Origin: Geosiphon pyriformis uo1
Lineage: Eukaryota > Fungi > Glomeromycota
Assembly (NCBI GenBank): GCA_016748015.1
Contig: JAAOMT010000057.1
Coordinates: 80,763-144,762 of the forward strand
DNA: 64,000 bases
Direction: 5' to 3'
A program made the translations under genes and the position numbers. Below, one piece after another: positions 53,848 to 64,000 of the stretch (position 1 is the first letter of the stretch; every line of letters starts with the position of its first letter). The notes beneath the pieces were generated by a model. The model was not told the origin of the DNA and made no database searches. It was given only the letters and a program-made list of their open reading frames with translations.

Positions 53848-54849
53848 TCATTCATTTTTGCCTTTTCGCCAGTTATAATCTTTTCTTTTGAATCTTTCCC
53901 TTTTGGTAAAATAATCAAAACTACATTGAATGTTGGTCGGCTCTCTAAATTTCTCTTTTAGGATTAACTCAAAAATACTCGGGATTCTTTCACATACGTC
54001 ATCAGTTTCGCTTGGCACAGTAACATTTGTATTATCATGTTGTGGATCAAGCTCATAGGGAAGTGGTTCGCATTTTTCTACAATTACTGTTGAATGCAAA
54101 TCCTTTTCCACAACATGATCATCTTTCTCTAGGGTTGTTTTGCTATCTTCAGTGAAACTTGTATTTGGTATTTCTTTGAATTTTAAATTGTCCTTCCATT
54201 TAGTTTGGAAAATTTTCTTGGGAAATCTATGTTTCGGCCTATAAAATCTCTTCATAGTATAGCGATAGAAGAAAGAGTTGAGAACATCACACGAAACAAA
54301 AAGAAAATGATCATATTAAAAATCCTCCATTGAATTACCCAGTGTGCTTCGTCGTACATCCTTTTATAATGTCTCTCCATTATTGTATATTTTAATTGAG
54401 GTTTCTTAATTCCTTTTTTAAGAAACAAGAAAAGAAGTGAAATGAAATAGCAAAATGGCAAAGAAATATAATGGACCACCTGAATTTTATACATACATAC
54501 ATATATACATACATACACTTACCATTTTCATTTTTAATTATTGAATGCATGTTACGAATAACCTCTGCAAAGAGATCACTTTGGGTATCAACATCCTCAT
54601 CTATATGGTCGCCTTCGTCTTGTTTATCTTCATTCTCAAGAACTTTTTTTCTATTTTCCCTTGCATCTATAAATATACTTTTAAGGAAAATTTACTGTTT
54701 AATTTAATTCGATACAGAGACGACGAACCAGGATAGTAAAAAATCGAAGTGTTCGAGATAATTCTACGAGAAATTTTCATAATGAGAAACCGACGTTTAG
54801 GGATAAGATGATGGTTTGATGCAAAAGGTAACATGGATCTGGCCGTCAT
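53848..54849 (-). CDS. Hypothetical protein, ~246 aa, 4 exons (54849-54729, 54666-54523, 54412-54339, 54249-53848)
   Basis: GT-AG introns give a phase-consistent open frame. Arg/Ser-rich, acid-free N-terminus resembles a mitochondrial presequence. (TACA)n in intron 2. Confidence 0.6.
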
Positions 54850-55217
54850 TGATAGTGCGAAAATTAGATCATTAGTTAAATGATCATCTTTTTTTTGTTT
54901 TTTTTTTGATCTCTACCAAATTAGATATTTAATACTAGACTCAAACTCTATCTCGTCTAAAAAACATTTTTATACTTTTCTAGTATCGCCAGGTGATATT
55001 ATTAGCAGCAAAGTGAAAGGAAAATATTTCTACAAACTTTCTTTGCTAATTCTGAATAGTAAAAGCGCGATTTCTGACGCCTTGAATTAGAGTTATTTTC
55101 AATCACATTTATTGCCTCATACTTTTGATTGATAGTTCATTCTTTTGATTCTTGATCATTTGAGCATAAAAGCATCTTAGTTTTGCCAATCTACCTACTA
55201 CTAAATTTATCAAACTA

Positions 55218-56159
55218 ATGGCTGTCACCACTGCCACACCATTCGCTTCCAAGACTCCTGCGTTGGATATTTTACAACTATTGGGATATGATGACTATTT
55301 GATCCCAAGATTTCCACTTCCTTATGGAAACAATAGTCCATGCGAATCTTCACAAGATTCTTCTCAATTGATTGATGGGCTTAGAGACAATTATGCTTCA
55401 CCTTCAAATTCCCCGTCCTTGAACCTGGATTCTTCCGTCAGTCACTTTTCATTAACCGATATCGATCCGATGTTAGCTAGTTTATCCATAGAAACTTCCA
55501 AAATGGTTCAAGTATCTTTTAGTGAAAGATTCACTATGGATGATGCCAAACGTCTTAGTTCCTTCGTCACTAACTTGGATAAGTTTTCTACCATGTCAAA
55601 ATCCAATGAAGAGATCAATGTTGATACCCGAGTATTAAACATTCGCACTGAAACATCTAATCAAGTGAAAAATGTCAGTGAATATATCGCTTCTCGAGAA
55701 AAATCAGCTCGAAAGGCAACCATTTTTGATGCACCTGTGATTGATTTGAAATCTCCTTTCATCTCCAATAATGAGCAAGAAAGTCGGAAGCATCGAACGG
55801 ATAAGAGCGATGACGAGGAAGACATCAGTAAGTGATAACACGATTGACCGATCTAAAATGTGATTTAGAAAGCTCACAATTTCAAAATTTTCCTCTTAGC
55901 TACTGATATGGTAAAACGGTTCCGAAGCCTGTCCACTGATACCAAGGGCAAGCGTCGAGCTAAAGAGGAGCAGATCATGAAAAAACAAATAAATGAGCTG
56001 CAAGATTTCCCCCTTGCATCCCTTGAGGAAATGGAGCGTCGAAAAGTGCGTGTTCCAAGTCGTCTACGTTCACGTTTACATGTCCGAAAGACCTACATCC
56101 CTTTCGAATTAAGGGAATCTTGGACTGGCTCTCTTGAGGGATTCACCCCTTTAATATGA
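55218..56159 (+). CDS. Hypothetical protein, 2 exons (55218-55827, 55900-56159)
   Basis: Intron GTAAGT...TTAG 55828-55899 joins the 205-aa and 83-aa ORFs in frame (..DI-T-TDMVKR). Ser-rich N-half and basic C-terminus. Confidence 0.75.
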
Positions 56160-56410
56160 GTTTTGAATATTTTGCTGCTTTGTTTCCCCTTTTCCCGCTA
56201 AAAATTATTTCAATTTGTACAATATCTCTTTAATAATAATACTACTTTATCAAAATTTGGCAACATGGCATCAGCGATGAACTGTGCTCGTATCTCAATA
56301 GTCAACTTTTCTTTTTTCAGAAACAGCATTAAAAATCAAGATTGAGCGGTACCATATCTTTGATTAAAATTTACAAACAATCATCAAATCTATATAGTTA
56401 TTGAGTTTGA

Positions 56411-59400
56411 CTATTTGATATATTCTTGAAATGATTGGCCCAAATAGGCCTCGATGATGCTTATCAGTTCCCTGGCAAGCTTCTCCACCCGATGATCTAT
56501 ATCTTCCAGCAATTCAACCAGATAAGTAACAGTTTCTGGCAAGAAGATAACAAAACTTTCGCCCAAACGCTTATAGAATTCGGATAACACCAAGATGGCA
56601 GCCATCCGAACCTCAGGGGAATTGTTCTGGGTCTGCAATAAGACATGCTTATTTAGCATTTTCCGATGATCATCGTCGTTAGCATTGATAGCTAGTTGGC
56701 CAAGGCATGGCACTAGGTGTCCAGCGATTCGATTCATAGAATTTTCACTAGTGAGGAGTAACTGTTCCACAATAGGGTACATGATCTTTTTAAATCTCTC
56801 GCTGTTCTGCAAGGCTATATTAAGTAAAAAAAAATCTGGATTAAGACACTGTTCGAAAAGTAGCATATTTACTCGAATAAAGATACCTTGTTGGTCGTGC
56901 AAAAAATATTTTTGCAAGGAATCGACAATATAGATCCATAAATCATTAGGTTCTTGTTTATGGTCTTTATAACGCTGAAGTGTTGCGATACTAGCGTCTA
57001 ATACGTAGACATAATAAGGTGCAAATAAATGCTACAAAAAAGAATTCAGATTTCGACCAATAAATGGAAAAGAAAAGTAACTTAAGTAATAGGGAATTTG
57101 CTTTATTGCTTACTTCAACCTGAATGAGCAAATAATCAACTAATCGAAATAATATCATGAGTCGACATTCGAGTTCTTTTATTGGGGTATCTAATACAAG
57201 ATTATAATTAGTGAAATTATCAACATTTTCATAAACATAAATTTTTATTACTAACCAAGATTGGTTTGAGTAAGTTCTATTGTAGCCCACTCGACCAATT
57301 TCAAGAATAGGGGTTTGAAAATATTATCATTAAGTTTCAGAATTAAATTATAAAAAACCTCAAATAATTGATTCTCGATTTCATCGACATCCTGTAGGGA
57401 GGAGATAGGGTGACATTTAGAATTTCTTAAACTTTCAATAAAAACAAATATAATAAATTCTTACTTCCGGAGTTGATGTCGAATCCACACGACGATAATC
57501 AAAAAGAATCAATAAAAATTTGAATATGTGAATATAAAAATTCAATACGCTATCACTGGGCATGGATTTAATAGCAGTTTGTAGTAATTGTAAAAGCGTT
57601 ATCAAGCTCTAAAATTTATTAAAGCAGAAATTTATTATTGTCAGTTATAGAACATCAAACTAGATAATTAAAAGCATTATTATTTACCTTTTTGCCGAAA
57701 CCTAGAACTGTTTGATAGATGTCAAATACCAAAGGAAATAATATACGCGGCGTAATGTCCGTCGCAATCTTGGAAAGCACGGATTGGACAAGTAAAGGAA
57801 TATCATCCTTTTCATTCTTATTTGTGTAAGTGGCCGGATGTAAGAGGGATTCAAGGAGCTTAGGTAAATACGGAGTGATGAAAGACGGCACACTGAACAT
57901 AATTTCCTCCAAGATAAGTAATATGGCTACTTGAAGTCTGCGATAATTAGGTTGCTTTTCTAAAAGAAAAAAATTATTTCTTTTTCTTACAAACCATTGA
58001 ATTATCAATTAAATTAAAATTCAATCTTACCAGTAAGTGAAACATGGAATGAATGCAATAATTGGGGCATGAATTTTGGTAAATAAGGGACAATTCGAGT
58101 GCTTAGTTCTTGGCTGTTTAATATTTTAACGAAAAAATGAAGAAATGCTTCGAAATGTTTCAAACAGAGTTCAATAACTATGAAGATGAAAATACCAGAG
58201 ATGTGCAAGACAAGCGATACTTGAAATCTTCATGTCAATATTAACATGGCCTAATGCACTTGAACCAATAACAGCCACAATACTTTCTGTAAATAAGGTT
58301 TCGTTGGACTTGAAGTATTGGTGAACGAGAGTCGACAAGCATATCATTGCATTTTGCTTAACAAGCAAAGTGCTATATTCGGTATTTCTCCCGTCAGTGG
58401 CTATAATGTTAGTGAGATCTGATACAATTTCCACAACTTGTTTTTCTTGAATTTCATCCAAATCTTCTTTAAGAACAAGCCGTTCGTTAAGGAGTTCCAT
58501 AGCTTTTGTACGAACCTTTAAAAATATGAAAATTAGCCTAAAATCAAAAGTGACACCTGAGAAAATAGGTGAAACAAACTTACAGCTAAATCTTGATGAC
58601 CAAGCAATCCTCTGACAATCCGTACAAAAGATGGGATAGTGAGGATAGCATGAATTTTAGATAAAGTGTTGTAGGCAACGCTGGACAATTCTACAAGGGA
58701 TATTGGATAAAAGAACTACCTTGAATATTAGAATCGGAGAAAACAGTTATAGGTAGCGATTTATAACAAACCTTTAAGTGACTTGGTCGATTTTTTCTGG
58801 GTTTTTGATAGTAAGCCTTGGAAAGATTCAAGATTGAGGAAAAGCATTAACACCACCTCAGTCAATTTGAAATTTAGATCTTCGAATTGGGCTTCATAGC
58901 TAGAATCGCATCCCATTTTTTCAAGGACTTGTTGAAGAAATCCATCATGTGTAAAAAGATGTCTAATTAATCTGAGAGTGGCAAGCTTCATTTCTAAAAT
59001 GTCTTGCGCCGTTTGCCCACTAGATTAATAAAGTTTACAAAATGGTGAAATTTTGATTGTGAACTGAAATTGTAATTTTTTGACTATAATAAGCTTACTC
59101 TATCTCGAATAAATGTTCAGCTTCCCGTGAAGATATATCTGTAACATTATCAAAACGAGGTTTTTCATTTGGGATCTGCAGCAACTCTTGAATTAACAGA
59201 ACCAAAGATTTGACTTGAGCCTCCAGAGGAAACTCTTTTAAAAGGAGAAGGCAAAAGTCCGATAGACTATCAGGAGTAGGTATTTCAGATTGATCGAATT
59301 TGTCCATGTGTTTAGCAAGCAACATTCCGAGAATCGCAAAGAGGAAATCGTTCTCTCCAAGGGTCCGGATCAGAATTGAAAAAATACTGTAGGGTAGATA

Positions 59401-62400
59401 TAAAACAGATTAAGCAAGGCATTTAGGTGCTAAGGAACAAAGCAAGGCAAAAATATATTTACCCAACACGCCGACACTTGGGCATCTTGAATAATGTGTT
59501 AACAAATACTTGGAGGATAGGTTTAGCTTCTATCAGGGTAGTTACGTCACAAACCATTTTTAAAGTTATTTGAATATCAAGGACGAATATCATAGACTTA
59601 CGAAATACATGACTGTGGGCAGAGTCTTGTTGCTTATAGCTTTTCAAGAGTGCAGGTATTAAATTTTGTATTGTCTAAGAGATCGAGTTATATTAAGTTA
59701 ATAATTAATTTCCACAAATGTATTAATTCATTATATTAAAAACCTGGTGGATAACATAGGCGCTAAAATCATCATTTCTTTGTAGTCCCGTGTCTTCCAA
59801 AAATCTGAAGACTGGTATTGTATTCTGAACAACATGGGAAGGGTGCAAAGCAACCATAGCACTTAGTAGCAACAATAATTGATTTTGAACTTTAGGATTG
59901 CTCGAACCTAGAAGAAACGTAAATTAGCAAATAGAACAGGGTATATTTTATTTTCTAGTAATGAGCCTCTTACTTCGTAGACAATAGAAAATTAAAGCCG
60001 AATTCAGATCCAATGCCTTGATCTTGAGCCCTTTTTCCTAATTATCAAAGGTGTTTCGCAATTTAAAATGAATATTGCCATAAAATAAAATAATTGCAAA
60101 GTAAAGAACTTTGACTCTTTAAAACCTTAAAGATATTCGTTAAACTTGACAAAATCATTTCGACGATATAATCGCGTGATACTATGGGATTGGCCGGTGA
60201 GAAATTGGTCAGAACCTCCATAACGTTAAAAAGAGGAGCCACCACGTAGGAGAGATCTTTGATCGGCTCATTTCTGTATTGAAGGAATTCCAATATAGCT
60301 ATCAGCCGCTTAAGGGGTATAAGTTCTGACTGTCTTGTTTGTTCATTTCCGTTTTGTCCTTGAGAATTTTCAATCAGAGCCGACTTTCCTTGACTAGAAT
60401 TTAAAATTGTAATGTTATCTTTAGCAGATGAAAAGATATTAAATATTTGAGATCGAAAGGTAAATTGAATTTCTAACGTGTAAGCATTCCGAGAACGTTT
60501 AGTGGGTGGCTCTTCAGCCTCTTGTAAATCGATTTTTTCAAGGTGAACTGATCTAATAGACTTCAATTCTTCCTCTATGCGGTTCAATTCTGGAACGATT
60601 AAACTTGAACTCACAAAAATTCTTTTTAAAGTCTCCTGGGATGCTTTTACTACTTCCTTTATGTAGACCAGTTCAAAAATTAATTTAATATTCAAATGAG
60701 TTAATAATTTAAATTAAATTTAGAAAAACGTACATGAGCGGCACTAGTAACCAGATCAAAAAGCACACCAAGAATTTCCTGCTGCCTTTCACTGTTGAGC
60801 TTTACAAAAAGGTTCTCTTTGATTTGAGAGAGAGCAGCAAGGGATATGGACGGAGTGGTTTCGTTTATATCATTTTCCGCTAAGACAAAATTGATTTTAA
60901 TACTATGAATAAAGCCAGATAAATACCACAACACACTTACTTGGGAAAATATTGCTTCTTAATAGACCGACAAAAAGATCCGAATATTTTTTGTCATTAT
61001 TCAAGAGATCCACAGATTCTGCTGTGACGCTTTTTATCAGCAATTTCAGAAGTCTGATATTGTTTTTATCAACTTCATGTTTCAAGACAAATTCATTTTG
61101 TTGGCTGAGGAGAGATAAACTGGTTTCCATAAGAGGATACAGGGCCTGCAATTTTTTTGACGAGTCGACACGAGAGAGAAGCTCTACCAACTTGATTTGG
61201 GCAGTTGTTTTTTGCAAGGCAATAATATGTGATAGAAGGAATGATATAATAGATTCATGATCATATTTTTGATCATTCGCGTCGCCAGCAAGAAACCTTT
61301 GAATATAGTTGTGATCTGCTAAGAGCTCTTCACGATAATTAGAAAGTTTTTTAACGAATAAGGAAAAGTTTTTGTTGCTAAGCACAACCTGTTCTCCTGG
61401 ATCTGACGAGTAAATTAAGCTGATTAATAGGCCATCTGGATGAAGTCCAAAATTTTCAAAGTGTCAAGATTTGATCGGATACCTGTATTTTTCCTGTAAA
61501 AATCCTTATGAAGGAAAATATTTTCCAAGTTTTCCTTTGGTTTTTTGTCAGAAATATTGTTTTCGCTAGTCGGCTTTTTTACAGGATTAAAAGTGTCAAT
61601 GGAAGCTATACAGGTTAAGGCTGCATTGCGAACTGCCTTATTTGGATCGGCCAAAGATATCAGAAAAGATGGAAGAATCATTTGAAAATCAATGTCCTTG
61701 ATGACATTAGCACGAGAATGAGCAGTGATATAAGCATTGGCAATGTAAAGGCTACGAAGTTTAAGGAGGATTGTAGTGTCAGGAACTAAGATGGGCGGTA
61801 ATAAGGAAATTGGGTTAATAGTTTACTTGCGAAAAATTATGTATCTTTTTCAAATGAACTTACGATCATCTGTCAAGAAACTACAGCAAAATTGAATTGG
61901 ATCATTAGGAAAATGGGTTTCGAAGAATATTCTCAGGATATTTTCATAACGTGCAATAGTTGGACCGCCAGGAATTGCTCGATAAATTTGGACAAGTATA
62001 GACCGATATCGCTTCTCTGATTCACTCGTCTAAAAATATTTAAAAATTAGAAAATACCAAATTTGAGTACAGGATTGAAAATTTTAACATACCTCCTCTC
62101 CCTCTGGGATCATCCAAGCGATTTTGTGGTAAACGATTGGTTTAAGTGCAGTTAGAAGGTTCATCAAAGTGAATAGCTCTACTTTAATTTCAGTGACAGG
62201 AAGGTTTAATCCAGATACTATGGTATCCATTAATGAATATGGTGGGAGACCCTAAAAAACAATTTTTTCAATAGTATATGGCTCACGTGATAAAGGACAT
62301 AATTTAACAATATTAATTACCTCTTGACAAACTAAACTTAAATCCTCTTTATCAACAGTTTCAATGTTAATTTGACTTGTTTTAAAATTACCCAAAAGGC

Positions 62401-64000
62401 GATCCAAAATACTTTGTATGACGATAAGTGATTGTTCATGGTCTTGAAAATTGGAAAATATTAGGAGAAATCTTAAATTCTAAAAATTTCAGATTTCAGA
62501 TTCCATGCAGACCTTTATCATTTAAAACAGTCAATCTGTTAAGGACAAGTAAGGCGAAGGAACGAAGAGGGATCGATTCACTTTCTGCTGCTTGAAGGTA
62601 GATCTTGATATTTTCTTCGAAATCTTTGCTAGACTTTAAATTATCTGAATTTTTGATAAACATTAATTGTTGAGCGTAATTTAGAATTATGTTTTTGTTT
62701 TTTGATAGCTTAATCAATTACATTACCTGCTAGAATTTTAATTAATCGGATGTTGGCTGCAATAATTGGAGCGGTTACTGTTTGTTCCCCGTTGCTGTTT
62801 TCCACAACTTCGATGACATCCACTCCATTTAAGAGTTCCACGTTACGTAGCTTCCCTAATTCTTTTAATAGTTTCAGACTTAGCTTCTTATTTTGATTCG
62901 TAATCAGCATATTTTTTAACAATTCAGGGAGAACTGCAGATTTAGGATTCTCAGATAGTTCCCAGAATAATTTCACCAATACAGTTAATGACTTTCGCTT
63001 GATTTTAGATTGGATGTTGGGCAAGTTCACAATGTGTAAGAGAGTTGGTAGAAGTTGCTCGCTGGGAACATATGTGATAAGAATATTTGGGACCGATAAT
63101 AAGTAGCTGACGATTTCTTCATTGTCGTCACGTAAACGTGCCAATAATGTGTCTTTGATGAACTCAGATGACTAGAATGATTGATAACATTAGTGTAAAT
63201 ATCAAATTTAAAGTTGAACAATTTAGAAAGATTCGTACATCTCTAAATAACAGGGAATCTTTTTCTTGAGCCAAATCGACCACTTTTTTCAATCCTATCA
63301 TTCTAATATTTGATTCTGCATGATTGACGCTCAAAAACAGAGTGGTTCTTGCTTCTGATAAAGGCTCATGTCCGGTGCTCTTAAATAAATAAAATTATTA
63401 AAAGTACCATTTGGACTTACGATTTTGATTGGAATAATAAATTCAATTTCTATACCTTGAAAAAATTTGACAGCAACTCATACAATTCATCCCGAGTTTT
63501 TTGTAAATTTTCGGATGAGCTATTTTCAATGGCCTAAAAGAATCAACTTTGCTTTGTATAAGATTATGACAAGGTTCAAATTTAGAGAGAATCTCAAACC
63601 TTTAACTTTACATCCAACGACATATTAAGTTGCTGGGGATATTTTATCTGCACCAATCTGAGCAAGCTATTGATATGAGAGGTATCGACAGATTGTTGCG
63701 TTTCTCTCTGCTTTAGGTAAAACTCCAATATATATGTGCAAAAATTTACAACTACATGTGAAGGTATTCGAACTCTTTGGAAGATTTGAGTGAAAATTTT
63801 CCCATAAAATTCTCTTTGTGAATGATCCAAAATCAAAGCTGAAAAAAAGCTTTCCAAAAATCTATCCATAGCGTATTTTTGTGAGATCTCAGCAAGATAT
63901 ACCTCCAAATTTCTACAAATAGGTATAAATAGCAGTTAAGAAATTTGAATATATAAAAATCATAACGAGAGTTATGTATGGCAACTTACGGAAATGTCCG
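56411..64000 (-). CDS. UTP10: U3 snoRNP protein Utp10 / HEATR1, multi-exon, 5' part beyond the window
   Basis: Long Leu-rich HEAT-type exons. BP28CT-like KLNDNIFKPLFLKLVEWA (~57285-57340). C-terminus FLPETVTYLVELLEDIDHRVEKLARELISIIEAYLGQSFQEY. Many GT-AG introns. Confidence 0.92.

Overview
Eukaryotic (fungal) nuclear DNA. The TE families, short spliceosomal introns and gene style suggest Glomeromycotina/Mucoromycota and remind me of Geosiphon-like sequence; that assignment is recollection, not a database result. Positions 1-~51500 are a nested transposon cluster with three components. (i) At least five Ty3/gypsy (Metaviridae) LTR retrotransposons plus a solo LTR. They have TGTTAC...GTAACA ends and 4-bp target-site duplications. 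The two best-preserved architectures read Gag-PR-[~250 aa Cys-rich unknown domain]-dUTPase-RT-RNaseH-IN plus an extra 3' ORF. (ii) Four copies or fragments of an RNase H-bearing LINE. (iii) Very AT-rich relics. Homologous copies differ almost only by C>T/G>A transitions of graded intensity, pointing to a RIP-like or methylation-deamination repeat-erasing process. Positions ~51500-64000 hold intact host genes: a C2H2 zinc-finger gene with a probable GC-AG intron and five ACGCGT (MCB) boxes upstream, two divergent hypothetical genes, and the 3' part of UTP10/HEATR1. A 20-N gap with a duplicated 348-bp flank is an assembly artefact. The best candidate for an undescribed system is the dUTPase plus Cys-rich module conserved across several gypsy families that sit in a genome showing massive cytosine loss from repeats.
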